A stretch of DNA of 63,661 nucleotides, the filler included, from an uncultured bacterium (lineage in GTDB: Bacteria > CAYUVA01): NCBI GenBank assembly GCA_964448115.1. It is 3 parts of 3 records of this genome, joined end to end, with 100 filler letters (N's around TTAATTAATTAA, not from the genome) between each part and the next. Parts side by side here need not be neighbours in the genome. Positions count along the whole stretch, not along the records: positions 1 to 22,787 come from CAYUVA010000056.1; positions 22,888 to 45,524 come from CAYUVA010000057.1; 1 more part is not named here. One strand, given 5' to 3'. The notes beneath the pieces are model-generated. The model saw only the letters and a list, made by a program, of their open reading frames with translations, searched no databases and was not told the origin of the DNA. Position 1 is the stretch's first letter. The number at the start of each line of letters is the position of its first letter. Shown here piece after piece: positions 19,868 to 29,932 of this stretch. The translations under genes were made by a program, and so were the position numbers.

Positions 19868-20827
19868 ATGGTAGAGCTTAGGTGGAATCCGGTGCTCAGG
19901 AGCTGGGTGATGACCTCTGCCAAGCGACAGAGCCGTCCCACCATGCCGACCGACTGGTGCCCGTTCTGTCCTGGCTCCGGCAAGGTGCCCGATGATTACG
20001 ATGTGCTGCTTTATCCCAACGATTACCCCCACCTGATGGCAGAGCCGCCGGATGTAGAGGGGAGCGATGGCAAGCTGCTAAAAAGAGCTAAGGCACATGG
20101 TTTCTGCGATGTGGTGCTTTATTCACCGAAACATGATGGCTCCATTACCGATTTGCCTGAAGAGCACCTTCTCAAGCTATTCGCCCTATGGAAGAACCGC
20201 ACCGCTGAACTCATGGAGCATCCGCATATCAAGTATGTCCATATCTTCGAGAACAAGGGAGAGGTGATCGGGGTTACCATTCCCCATCCTCACGGGCAGA
20301 TATACTCCTATCCGTTTATTCCGATGAAAATCGAGCGTGAGACTGTTTCAGCGATGAAACACTTCAACCAGCAGGGAAGGTGCCTGTTTTGCGACATCTT
20401 AAACGATGAGCTTTTAGCCAAAAAGCGCATCGTAATGCAGGATGAGCACTTTGTCAGCTTCGTTCCCTTCTATGCCGAGTACCCCTACGAGGTTCATATT
20501 TACCCGCGGCGACATATACTTTGGCTCACCGAGATGGATGAAAGCGAGGCTTCTGCGTTCATGGCTTCTATAAAAAGACTGGTAAGGACTTACGATTCCC
20601 TGTTCGGCTTCGAGCTTCCATTCATCATGACCTTCCACCAGGCGCCGGTCGATGGCGGCGAATACAGGCATTTCCACTTCCATGTCGAGTTTTACCCATT
20701 TCACAGGGCTGCCAACAAGATTAAGTACAATGCGGGGAGCGAGATGGGAGCCTGGGCATTCACCAATCCTGCCTTGCCTGAAGAAAAGGCTGCTGAGCTG
20801 TGCAAGGTTGCACAAGACCTGTCATGA
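19868..20827 (+). CDS. galT: Galactose-1-phosphate uridylyltransferase
   Basis: ELRWNP..W, CPFCPG, FENKG..IGVT.PHPHGQ (HxHxQ), CLFCD and HFHVEF motifs. Start moved to the ATG at 19868 to avoid overlap with the GAF gene. Confidence 0.93.
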   Translation: MVELRWNPVLRSWVMTSAKRQSRPTMPTDWCPFCPGSGKVPDDYDVLLYPNDYPHLMAEPPDVEGSDGKLLKRAKAHGFCDVVLYSPKHDGSITDLPEEHLLKLFALWKNRTAELMEHPHIKYVHIFENKGEVIGVTIPHPHGQIYSYPFIPMKIERETVSAMKHFNQQGRCLFCDILNDELLAKKRIVMQDEHFVSFVPFYAEYPYEVHIYPRRHILWLTEMDESEASAFMASIKRLVRTYDSLFGFELPFIMTFHQAPVDGGEYRHFHFHVEFYPFHRAANKIKYNAGSEMGAWAFTNPALPEEKAAELCKVAQDLS

Positions 20828-20848
20828 CTTTTCATATATTCGAGTAAG

Positions 20849-22411
20849 ATGCTCGTAACCCTTATAAAACCACCACCTTGGGGCATCAGCGAGCCGCCAT
20901 TAGGCTTGGCTTACTTGAAGGCATTCCTTCAGCAGCATCAAATCAAGGTTCGGATTGTAGATCTCAACATGGAACTGTATGATCTCGCAACCGATGATGC
21001 GAGACAACTTTGGGAGCTTTCTAACTACCACTATTGGCTTCATGAGAAGCTGTTCTTCAAGATCGAGCATATACTTCGCCCCCACCTGGATCGCATCTTG
21101 CAGCGGATCATGGAGAATGAGCCTGGAATCATCGGCTTTTCGACGGTCTTCGAGAGCCGGCTATTATCTTTGTTACTTGCTGAGAGAATAAAGGGGCTAT
21201 CGCCGGATATCGCTGTTGTCTTCGGCGGAGCCTTGTGCGCTCCCCATGCCTTGCGCGACGAGATTGCAGCATCGCCGTGGGTCGATTATGTGATAAGCGG
21301 CGAGGGAGAATTGCCACTTTTAGCGCTTGCCAGGGCGATAGAGGAAAACGCCATTTGGCAGCAGTTACCCGGAGTGACTTACCTCGATGGCTCCAATACG
21401 ATTATTAGCCAAACAGCGCTGCCGATCCCTGACCTGGACAGCATCCCCTTCCCTGATTTCTCGGATTATGAGCTTGATAGGTATTCCCTGCCCAATGTTC
21501 TTCCCCTGTTGATGAGCCGTGGATGCCCTGCTGGATGCGCTTTTTGTCCCGAACGGATTCTATGGAGGGGCTACCGCACTCGAAGCCCCCAGAACATCGT
21601 TGATGAGATGGAACATAGGGTAAAACAGATGGGGATCAGTCGATTTGTCGTGCTCGATCAACTGATGAATGGCTCCATGCCGGTGCTCAAGGCGACCGCC
21701 CAGGTGATCATAGAGCGTGGAATGGAGGTATTCTGGGGCGGAAACATGAGGTTGGATAGAGACCTTGATGCAAGCACTTGTCGATTGCTTCGCAAGGCGG
21801 GATGCCTGGCATTCGACTTCGGCTTGGAATCAGGCTCGAAGAAGGTGCTTGCCAGCCTGCGAAAACCGCAGCCGCTCAAATTAGCGCCCAAAATATTCAA
21901 AAATGCCCATGAAACGGGCATTCGAGTGCAAGTAAACCTGATGATCGGAGCGCCAGGAGAAAGCTGGCTCGAATTTTTAAGGACACTATGGTTGTTGCTT
22001 AAATGCAGTCGATGGATTGACAACATCGGCTCACTGAACCTTTTTTATGTCATGCCAGGAACCGATATTGCCCAAAACCCAGAGAAATTCGGCGTTCGCA
22101 GCCAAACGCTGGAGAGCACTGGCGAGTTCTGGATCAGCACCGATAGCCAAAATGACTTCGAGACCAGGTGGCTAAGACTAAAGATAATGCATAAATTCCT
22201 GAAGATTCTTGGCATCGAGAATCCATTCCCATTGCCAGATGAAGGGGAGGCGATGATGCGCCTCGGATTATACTATTTTAACAACCAGGAATATGGAAGG
22301 GCTTCCAGCTTTTTTAGAAAAGCTCTCGAATACGCACCGAATAGCCAGGCTGCCTTGAGATTGCTCGAAGAGGCTTCAGGCAATAACTTGGGCTTGAGAA
22401 TCGAGGATTGA
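20849..22411 (+). CDS. Cobalamin-binding radical SAM protein with a C-terminal TPR
   Basis: PPLGLAYL B12-binding N-terminus, GEGE, SRGCPAGCAFC, GLESGS, terminal TPR helix pair. Confidence 0.88.
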   Translation: MLVTLIKPPPWGISEPPLGLAYLKAFLQQHQIKVRIVDLNMELYDLATDDARQLWELSNYHYWLHEKLFFKIEHILRPHLDRILQRIMENEPGIIGFSTVFESRLLSLLLAERIKGLSPDIAVVFGGALCAPHALRDEIAASPWVDYVISGEGELPLLALARAIEENAIWQQLPGVTYLDGSNTIISQTALPIPDLDSIPFPDFSDYELDRYSLPNVLPLLMSRGCPAGCAFCPERILWRGYRTRSPQNIVDEMEHRVKQMGISRFVVLDQLMNGSMPVLKATAQVIIERGMEVFWGGNMRLDRDLDASTCRLLRKAGCLAFDFGLESGSKKVLASLRKPQPLKLAPKIFKNAHETGIRVQVNLMIGAPGESWLEFLRTLWLLLKCSRWIDNIGSLNLFYVMPGTDIAQNPEKFGVRSQTLESTGEFWISTDSQNDFETRWLRLKIMHKFLKILGIENPFPLPDEGEAMMRLGLYYFNNQEYGRASSFFRKALEYAPNSQAALRLLEEASGNNLGLRIED

Positions 22412-22550
22412 TACTGTAATCAGAAACCAGACAATAGTAAACAGTAACCCCTTTGAGTTGATCTTCTGTGAGTTAACTATAAAACGGAGATAGTTGAATG
22501 GACAATGACTGACAGTCAATACCTAAAAAGGGGATAACCCAAGCCTCTCA

Positions 22551-22623
22551 TACGCCAGGGGCGATTTGAACGCCCGACCTTCGGAGCCGGAGTCCGACGC
22601 TCTATCCACTGAGCTACTGGCGC
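22551..22623 (-). tRNA. tRNA-Arg (anticodon CCG), CCA not encoded
   Basis: GCGCCAGTAGCTCAGTGGATAGAGCGTCGGACTCCGGCTCCGAAGGTCGGGCGTTCAAATCGCCCCTGGCGTA folds into a cloverleaf; the anticodon arm is TCGGA-CTCCGGC-TCCGA. Confidence 0.95.
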
Positions 22624-22787
22624 AATGTAATAATGTACCGTATTTCCCCGCTCTTTTCCCTCTTGTAAACTCCCATAACAAGTCCAGATTATATAATTGG
22701 AGAGCATCCAAAGCAATAAAAAATGAGAGGAATCTGTGATTCAGACAGTAAATGCGTCATAAGTGGTTGATAATGACCAAGAGTCTA

Positions 22788-22887
22788 NNNNNNNNNNNNN
22801 NNNNNNNNNNNNNNNNNNNNNNNNNNNNNNNTTAATTAATTAANNNNNNNNNNNNNNNNNNNNNNNNNNNNNNNNNNNNNNNNNNNN
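22788..22887. other. Artificial contig-joining linker
   Basis: 44 N + TTAATTAATTAA (stops in all six frames) + 44 N = 100 nt. Confidence 0.97.
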
Positions 22888-22936
22888 GAGCCCCTGATAA
22901 ATCAGGAGCCTAATAGCCACAAAATTACTGTCTGAA

Positions 22937-25039
22937 TCACAGCATCAGGGTCACAATGCTCGGCTCCAACCAGGCGATGAAAGCCTCTGGAATAGGTTGA
23001 TCTTTTTCACCGAAAACCATTAGCGTAAAATTAACCTTGCCTTCTGATTCGAGCATAGAAAGATATCCAGGTCTCAATGCTGGAGAAACATAAACCTCAT
23101 CGCTTGCATCCAGGCGGTACTGGTATATCTTAGTTCGCTCGAGGGCATCGCCCACAATAAAAGCCTGACAGATTATTGTCTCATTCAGGTCAAATTCCTG
23201 CTGGTGAAAAAGCATTAACTCGGTAACAAACAATTGCTGGGGATCTAAGCGGATGCTGAAGGTGATGCTGGAAGGAATGCCCTGAAGAATGGCTCTTTTC
23301 CGTTTGCCATTATGGGTTATGGTGTCGTAGAAATATTGCCCTTGAACATCGACCAGGCTCTCAAGGACACTCCGATCAGCCAATGAGATAACCGTCTGGT
23401 ATTTTTTCCTCCGGTAGATATCAAATGGACCTATGGATTCAATGTTTTCATATTTTTCTCGAATGTATTGCATGATGGGAAGCGCATACAGTGAAAACCT
23501 GCTATCCGTATCATCGGTGATCGTAATGTCCGAGATAATAATTATCTTAGGTTTGCCTGATTCAAGGTCATGGATCAAGCCATCGCGCACCGCCTGATCG
23601 GCTGGATACCCACACTCGTCCCAGCCGGGTAAAAGCCACTCCCAGTAGGTGGGATTTCTGCGCGAGCTGAGGAAGTAGAACATCGGGTTCAGCGGCGCAC
23701 ACCAGATATAATCATCTTCATCCGTGTAGCCTAAGATGAATGCATTTATGCCCTTAAGCCATGCATTCTCGGTCTCTTGGGCTTTGATCATCAGCCTAGA
23801 ATGGGTGGCAAGTTCGAGCTTTTCACGCAAAACCCCTACAGAACCTATGTCGTAGCCATGATGGAAGATAAATACCCAGATTTGGGAGATAACCAGGCAA
23901 ATAATGGAAAAAGCCACCAGGTACCAAGCAGCTCTCATCCCCCACGCACGGGCGTTTTTCCCCATTTTTACAGTACGAAAAAGCAGCCAACCGACCAGGA
24001 CATGTATTAGCGGTAGCGTTTTTACTAGGTTGGAGAATCCGGAGCGCCAAAGAACCTCGTTCATGCTCAAGGCAGCATAGATCACTAGGGTAACTACTGC
24101 CAGGTTCTCCGCCGACCTGAAGCCACCCTTGGCTTTGAAGCGCAAGGCTAGCAGCGCCAATGTCAAACCCAGGGACACATAAGGAAAATAGTAGATTAAA
24201 ACCTGGGCTGACGAGACCAAGTCTGCTTTGAGTATATGCTTTACCAAGGAAAACAAGGGTGGATATCCTGTTGCCATCTTGCCATACGCTCCGCCCAAGA
24301 TATAGCTTATTTGCATAAGCACTCCGCCAGATAGTTTCTTGTCGAGCAGACAGGGCAGCAAGAAAGGAAGTATCCCTATAAACAACATGGTCAGGTAATA
24401 CTTGGAAAAGAATCCTAGCTTGGCTGGTAAACCAGATAAATCACGCTTTGTAAGCTTAGGATGACCTAAGATGGTAGCGAACAAAGCGGTGATCATGGCG
24501 AATCCAGCCACATCCCACCTGAAGTATGAACTCGCTGCTGCTGCCAGTGCAACCAACGCAAGCCGGCGCGGGATCTGCTGGTAACAAAACCTGACAAGAA
24601 AGTATGCGTTGAGAATGGTTAACATGGGAAGGTAGCGGGCATAGACCTCGCCAGGCGCTATCAAATACAGCAATGCTGGTATAAAAGCGAGCAAACGGGG
24701 CATGATCATGCGCGCTATCAGATATACAAGAAGCACGAAAAAAGGAGTTATTATCAGCCAGGTGAACCGCTCGGTTATTAGCGATGCGCCAAATAACTTA
24801 AATAGCATGGCAAATAGCAAGTACTGACCTGGTGGGTAGCCCCAGAAGTCTCGATAAGGCAGCTCGCCATCGAGGACTCTCATGGCGCCGCTAGGGGTAT
24901 CACCCTCATCCCAAAGGTTCAGACCGCAATCGAAATAAAGAGAATAAAAAAGCAGCGATGCCATGATGATCGATGCATGAATCATGGTTTCTATGTTTAT
25001 AAATGAACCTTTATCCTTCGTTGCCGGGAAGCTAATCAT
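22937..25039 (-). CDS. GT-C fold (ArnT/PMT-like) membrane glycosyltransferase with a C-terminal soluble domain
   Basis: DEG after the first TM, G.LPYRDF..YPPG..LFA.LFKLFG, multiple TMs, DYIW..P.FYFLS.RRNPT. Start placed at the ATG at 25039. Confidence 0.7.
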   Translation of the reverse strand: MISFPATKDKGSFINIETMIHASIIMASLLFYSLYFDCGLNLWDEGDTPSGAMRVLDGELPYRDFWGYPPGQYLLFAMLFKLFGASLITERFTWLIITPFFVLLVYLIARMIMPRLLAFIPALLYLIAPGEVYARYLPMLTILNAYFLVRFCYQQIPRRLALVALAAAASSYFRWDVAGFAMITALFATILGHPKLTKRDLSGLPAKLGFFSKYYLTMLFIGILPFLLPCLLDKKLSGGVLMQISYILGGAYGKMATGYPPLFSLVKHILKADLVSSAQVLIYYFPYVSLGLTLALLALRFKAKGGFRSAENLAVVTLVIYAALSMNEVLWRSGFSNLVKTLPLIHVLVGWLLFRTVKMGKNARAWGMRAAWYLVAFSIICLVISQIWVFIFHHGYDIGSVGVLREKLELATHSRLMIKAQETENAWLKGINAFILGYTDEDDYIWCAPLNPMFYFLSSRRNPTYWEWLLPGWDECGYPADQAVRDGLIHDLESGKPKIIIISDITITDDTDSRFSLYALPIMQYIREKYENIESIGPFDIYRRKKYQTVISLADRSVLESLVDVQGQYFYDTITHNGKRKRAILQGIPSSITFSIRLDPQQLFVTELMLFHQQEFDLNETIICQAFIVGDALERTKIYQYRLDASDEVYVSPALRPGYLSMLESEGKVNFTLMVFGEKDQPIPEAFIAWLEPSIVTLML

Positions 25040-25149
25040 GCGAACATTATACCAGATTTGCAGCGATGATCTAAGATCGGCAAGGTTCAACCAGACCGAT
25101 GTCCGGTGATTATTTCAGTTTTACGATAACCGCTGAATCCTATGTAACC

Positions 25150-25689
25150 TTATCTCGATAGGTAATCATCCTCTATCTGATCGAAGTGCCCCTTGGCGCT
25201 TAGTATGAAATCGATGACCTCCCTCACCGCTCCGTGCCCGCCGGGGCGCTTGGTAACTAAATGAGCATGCTTCTTTATGTATTCAAAGGCATCAGCGACA
25301 CAAGCAGCCAATCCAACTCGCTCGAAGATACTTATGTCCAGCCAGTCATCGCCAATGTAGGCTACCTGTTCGTATTCAAAGCCGTGCTTCTGTCTAATCG
25401 ATTCAAAGACCTCCAGCTTTGATAGCGCACCCTGCACCAGCTCATCGATGCCGAGTTCTGAAGCCCTTCTGGCAACTACCTTGGATTTCCGACCGGTGAT
25501 CATCGCGAAGTGTAAGCCATGTCTTTTGGCTATTACGATTCCGCTTCCATCGCGTACATCGAACTTCTTCATCTCACCACCCTCGGCGTCAAGGTATATT
25601 CCCCCGTCGGTCAAGGTGCCATCGACATCGAGGAAGATGAATTCTATCTTCTTTGCTCTCTCGATAAGATTCTCTTTGCTCTGTTCCAA
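25150..25689 (-). CDS. kdsC: KDO 8-phosphate phosphatase (HAD family)
   Basis: LDVDGTLTDG, FDVRDG.G, ITGR, YIGDD..D and GG.GAVRE motifs; follows kdsA. Confidence 0.93.
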   Translation of the reverse strand: MEQSKENLIERAKKIEFIFLDVDGTLTDGGIYLDAEGGEMKKFDVRDGSGIVIAKRHGLHFAMITGRKSKVVARRASELGIDELVQGALSKLEVFESIRQKHGFEYEQVAYIGDDWLDISIFERVGLAACVADAFEYIKKHAHLVTKRPGGHGAVREVIDFILSAKGHFDQIEDDYLSR

Positions 25690-25693
25690 CTCT

Positions 25694-26521
25694 CTAGTAC
25701 CCCTTGGTTATATGATCAATTTTAATGATTTTTTTGAGAATTTCACTAATCTGCTTGAGCGGTATCATATTTGGTCCATCGCTCTTTGCAAGCTGAGGAT
25801 TATCATGAACCTCCATGAACAGGGCATCTATACCCACCGCAGCCGCGGCTGATGCCAGGTAGGGCACGAACCTTCTCTCGCCGGAGCTGACTCCCTTGCC
25901 AGCGCCGGGGAGCTGAACACTATGGGTGGCATCGAAGACTACCGGACAGATATCGCGAATCATGACCAGGGAGCGATAATCTACCACCAGGTTGCGATAT
26001 CCAAAGGAGTATCCCCTTTCGGTAACCATGACTCGTTTATTACCCGTGCTCAGTGCCTTCTGTACCATGCTAGGCACCTCGTAAGGGGAGATGAACTGCC
26101 CTTTTTTTATATTAACTACCGCCCCGGTATCTGCTACTGCTAGAACCAGGTCGGTCTGTCTGCACAAGAAGGCAGGGATCTGGATGACATCGAGCACCGA
26201 TTTTGCCTGTTTAGCTTGCCCAACATCGTGCACATCGCTTAGCACCGGGCAGCCGACCTTCTCTTTTATCTCGGCGAGGATACTAAGCCCCTCGGTTAAT
26301 CCCGGTCCCCGGAAGCTCTCAATCGAGGTACGATTTGCCTTGTCGTAGCTCGATTTGAATATATAGGCAAGTCCAAGTGAATCGGCGATTTGTTTAAGCT
26401 CATAAGCCATCATTATGGCATGTTCTTTTGATTCTATAACACAGGGTCCAGCGATGAGGACAAATGGTGTCCCCCTTCCAATGGTAATATTGCTAAGCTC
26501 GAATCCTTCAATTCTTTGCAT
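25694..26521 (-). CDS. kdsA: KDO 8-phosphate synthase
   Basis: IAGPCVIES, KSSYDKANRTS, QIPAFLCRQTDL, KKGQF, ERG, DATHSVQ.PG and SDG motifs. Start at the ATG at 26521. Confidence 0.97.
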   Translation of the reverse strand: MQRIEGFELSNITIGRGTPFVLIAGPCVIESKEHAIMMAYELKQIADSLGLAYIFKSSYDKANRTSIESFRGPGLTEGLSILAEIKEKVGCPVLSDVHDVGQAKQAKSVLDVIQIPAFLCRQTDLVLAVADTGAVVNIKKGQFISPYEVPSMVQKALSTGNKRVMVTERGYSFGYRNLVVDYRSLVMIRDICPVVFDATHSVQLPGAGKGVSSGERRFVPYLASAAAAVGIDALFMEVHDNPQLAKSDGPNMIPLKQISEILKKIIKIDHITKGY

Positions 26522-26528
26522 GGTGTTA

Positions 26529-28154
26529 TTATCTTTGGTTCTTCTTTTCCCTGAACATAAGGCAAGCCTCGATGAAGCTATGGAATAGGGGATGCGATTG
26601 ATATGGACGGGATTTGAATTCAGGGTGGAACTGGCAGCCAATGAAAAATGGGTGACCCGGCAGCTCGAGCATCTCCACATAGTTATCTTGCGGATTTATC
26701 CCGCTGAAGACCAGTCCTTTCTCGGTGAGCCGCTCCATGTATCGCCTGTTGAACTCGTAGCGATGTCGATGTCTCTCGAAGATCAGATCAGATCCATAGA
26801 TTTTTCTAGCCAGCGATCCCTTGGCGAGCTTTGCATAGTGTCCCCCGAGGCGCATGGTACCGCCGTACTTCTTGATTCGCTTTTGCCCCTTCATCTCCAT
26901 GATCACCTTATAGCGTGTTTTCTTATCGAACTCGGTGCTGTTTGCCTTGTGCATATTGCATTTATTGCGAGCGAACTCGATGACCGCGCACTGCATCCCC
27001 AGGCAGATTCCGAAGAAGGGTATCTTTTTCTCCCTGGCTATGCGTATAGCCTCTATCTTGCCCTCGATGCCGGTCTCACCGAAGCCGCCCGGAACCATCA
27101 ATCCATCGTATTTTAACAGCTCCTCCTTGAGTTTTTCGCCCCTTATGCGTCGTGCATTTATCCAGTGCAGCTCCACCTTAGCGTCGTTTGAGATCCCTGC
27201 ATGAGTGAACGCTTCGGTCAGGCTCTTATATGAATCCTCGAGTTGTACATACTTGCCGACTATGGCAATATCGACCCTTCGCGAGGGATTTTCGATCCTT
27301 TCGAGCATTCGTTGCCATTCATCATCCTTTTTTTGAGTGCACGGCAGATCTAAAAACTCGATCATCAGCCTTCCTAAGCCCTGCTTCTCGAAGTTCTCCG
27401 GGATGCGATAGATATTATCGACATCTATGGCGTTGATCACGCACTCCTTGCGAATGTTGCAAAACATTGCGATCTTCTCGTTCAGCTCATCTTGGAGCAT
27501 CTCTGGACAGCGAACCATCAGTATATCAGGCTGGATACCGATGCTGCGCAGAGTCGCCACGCTGTGCTGAGTAGGCTTGGTCTTGAATTCCTTTGACCAG
27601 TTGAGGAATGGGATCAAGGTCAGGTGAATATAGATTACATTCTTTTGCCCCATATCGACCCTTACCTGTCTAATTGCCTCGAGGAATGGTAGGCTTTCTA
27701 TGTCGCCCACGGTGCCGCCGATCTCGGTGATGACCACATCGTTTTCGTTGCTTAAGTCGTATATCCTTTTTTTTATCTCGTCGGTTATATGGGGGATTAT
27801 CTGAATGGTCTTACCAAGGAATTGTCCCTTGCGTTCCAGCTCGATGATCGCATTATAAACCTGCCCGGCAGTGGCATTATTGGCTTTTCTCATCTTAGCG
27901 TGGGAGAAGCGCTCATAATGCCCTAAATCCAGGTCGGTCTCTGCACCATCATCGGTAACGAAGACCTCCCCGTGTTGAAACGGACTCATGGTTCCTGGAT
28001 CCATATTCAAGTATGGATCCAGCTTCAGGAAGGTAACCTTCATCCCATATCGCTCCAAGATATTGCCAATGCAAGCACAGGCAACTCCTTTTCCCAGTCC
28101 AGAGACCACCCCCCCGGTAACGAAGATATATTTTGTCTTGGATTGCTTGGACAT
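26529..28154 (-). CDS. pyrG: CTP synthase
   Basis: KYIFVTGGVVSGLGKG, DPYLN.DPGTMSP.QHGEVFV, GICLGMQ, RHRHRYE and QFHPEF motifs. Confidence 0.98.
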   Translation of the reverse strand: MSKQSKTKYIFVTGGVVSGLGKGVACACIGNILERYGMKVTFLKLDPYLNMDPGTMSPFQHGEVFVTDDGAETDLDLGHYERFSHAKMRKANNATAGQVYNAIIELERKGQFLGKTIQIIPHITDEIKKRIYDLSNENDVVITEIGGTVGDIESLPFLEAIRQVRVDMGQKNVIYIHLTLIPFLNWSKEFKTKPTQHSVATLRSIGIQPDILMVRCPEMLQDELNEKIAMFCNIRKECVINAIDVDNIYRIPENFEKQGLGRLMIEFLDLPCTQKKDDEWQRMLERIENPSRRVDIAIVGKYVQLEDSYKSLTEAFTHAGISNDAKVELHWINARRIRGEKLKEELLKYDGLMVPGGFGETGIEGKIEAIRIAREKKIPFFGICLGMQCAVIEFARNKCNMHKANSTEFDKKTRYKVIMEMKGQKRIKKYGGTMRLGGHYAKLAKGSLARKIYGSDLIFERHRHRYEFNRRYMERLTEKGLVFSGINPQDNYVEMLELPGHPFFIGCQFHPEFKSRPYQSHPLFHSFIEACLMFREKKNQR

Positions 28155-28168
28155 AATCTAACCTGGGC

Positions 28169-28945
28169 TCAGCTAATGGACAGTCCTTTGTTTCTAATTA
28201 CTTGTTCTACCTTGGGGATGTCCTCGGCGGTATCGACCCCGATATAAACATTGTCTGTAAGGAGGCATCTTATCAGGATGCCGTTTTCCAGTGCTCTTAG
28301 TTGTTCAAGGCTTTCCATCCTTTCCAGGAAAGAGGGCTTGTGCTCAACCAGCACTCTGAGGACATCCTTTCGGTACCCGTAAATACCTATATGCTTGTAA
28401 AGATCCTTGCAGGATTCGATATCCTCCTGGGTTACACAACTCCCCTTTTTTAGTCTCTCAAAGAAGGAGGGGATCGGTGCTCTGGAGAAATAACAAGCGA
28501 ATCCTTCACGGTTGATTATAACCTTAACTACATTTGGATTCAAGTACTCCTCAAGGGTATTTATCCTTGCGATCAGTGTAACCATTGGTGTGCCTTGGTC
28601 TAAAGCTGTGGCGATGCGATCCAGGTCATCAGGGTCGATAAGCGGCTCGTCGCCCTGTATGTTTATTGCTCCAAGGCACTCCATTTTCTCTACCACCTCA
28701 AGCACTCTATCAGTGCCGCTAGGGTGAGCTTTTGATGTCATTACGACATTGGGGGTGAATTTTTTTGCTTGGGTTTGTATCTTGGTCGAGTCGGTGGCGA
28801 TGACTATCTTTTGAAGATTCCTAGCAGCCTCTGCTCGGCGATAAACCCATTGAACCATCGGCTTACCGGCAATCAAAGCAAGCGGTTTACCGGGGAATCT
28901 CGATGATTCGAACCTAGCTGGGATAACTCCAATAATCTTGTGCAA
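28169..28945 (-). CDS. kdsB: CMP-KDO synthetase
   Basis: IPARFESSRFPGKPL, H.SGTDR, NIQGDEP, HIGIYGY and ESLEQLRALE motifs; TTG start. Confidence 0.96.
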   Translation of the reverse strand: MHKIIGVIPARFESSRFPGKPLALIAGKPMVQWVYRRAEAARNLQKIVIATDSTKIQTQAKKFTPNVVMTSKAHPSGTDRVLEVVEKMECLGAINIQGDEPLIDPDDLDRIATALDQGTPMVTLIARINTLEEYLNPNVVKVIINREGFACYFSRAPIPSFFERLKKGSCVTQEDIESCKDLYKHIGIYGYRKDVLRVLVEHKPSFLERMESLEQLRALENGILIRCLLTDNVYIGVDTAEDIPKVEQVIRNKGLSIS

Positions 28946-29927
28946 GTGCTACCTTAAGCTCTTTTAGCCTTACTGGTGCGGTTCCAAATTCTTTAACAAC
29001 CAGCCCGGCAGCGCAATTAGCGATAATGGCAGCATCGCTTACCTTTCCATTAGCGGCTAGTGCCACGGTGAGCGTAGATACCACCGTATCGCCGGCGCCG
29101 GTTACATCGAAGACCGTCTTTGCCATGGTTGGTATGTGGGCATAGTTGCCGTTATTCTCGAACAACGCCATGCCATGCTCTCCCCAGGTGATCAATGCTG
29201 CCTTGGAGCCGACATAGTTCATCAGGGCGAATCCGGCGTCCTTTATGGTCTTGTGATCCTTTATCGGCATCTTGATCGCCGCGGCAGCCTCCTTGTGGTT
29301 GGGAGTTATTATGGTTACTCCCTTATAGAGGTCGAAATGATTAACCTTGGGATCCACCGAGCATATCTTGTTGTGTTTGTTGGTCAGTGATACGATCTCG
29401 GTAACTATCCGCTCGCAGATCACGCCCTTGCCATAGTCGGAGATTATTACAGCATCCACCTCAGGGATTGTTTTTTGTATGTATTCTATGATTTTTTGTT
29501 GAACATCGAAGGGGATCTCAATGATATCCTCGCGATCCACTCTCACAATCTGCTGATTATGAGCGATAATCCTAGTTTTTATGGTTGTAGTCCTCGCCGG
29601 ATCTGTTACCACACCATCAGTCTCTATCTGGAGCGACTCCAGTGATGAGCGAACGAACTTGCCCAGATCATCGTCTCCGACCACGCCGGCTATGGTAACC
29701 TTTGCAGAGAGTGAATAAACATTGTTGAGCACATTTGCAGCGCCCCCTAGAAGACGGCTGACATTATTCACGGTAACGATTGGCACCGGCGCCTCAGGGG
29801 AGACACGACTCACCGATCCCCATATATATTCGTCAACCATGATATCGCCAACGATAAGGATCTTCACCTCGTTGAAGCGCTCAACGATAGATAATAGCTC
29901 CTGTCTGTTTACCTGGCTCAATTCCAT
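28914..29927 (-). CDS. rfaE1: D-glycero-beta-D-manno-heptose-7-phosphate kinase (stand-alone RfaE/HldE domain I)
   Basis: VGDIMVDEY.WG.V.RVSPEAPVP, LGGAANV, SDYGKG, VDPK, TPN..EA and DVTGAGDTV motifs. Confidence 0.93.
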   Translation of the reverse strand: MELSQVNRQELLSIVERFNEVKILIVGDIMVDEYIWGSVSRVSPEAPVPIVTVNNVSRLLGGAANVLNNVYSLSAKVTIAGVVGDDDLGKFVRSSLESLQIETDGVVTDPARTTTIKTRIIAHNQQIVRVDREDIIEIPFDVQQKIIEYIQKTIPEVDAVIISDYGKGVICERIVTEIVSLTNKHNKICSVDPKVNHFDLYKGVTIITPNHKEAAAAIKMPIKDHKTIKDAGFALMNYVGSKAALITWGEHGMALFENNGNYAHIPTMAKTVFDVTGAGDTVVSTLTVALAANGKVSDAAIIANCAAGLVVKEFGTAPVRLKELKVALAQDYWSYPS

Positions 29928-29932
29928 TTCTA

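Noticed and set aside
22412-22787. Integrated element at tRNA-Arg (and likewise at tRNA-Gly, 60962)
   Set aside because: No integrase and no duplicated tRNA 3' end were seen.
22832-22843. TTAATTAATTAA as a biological repeat
   Set aside because: It is centred in N runs and is a standard six-frame stop linker.
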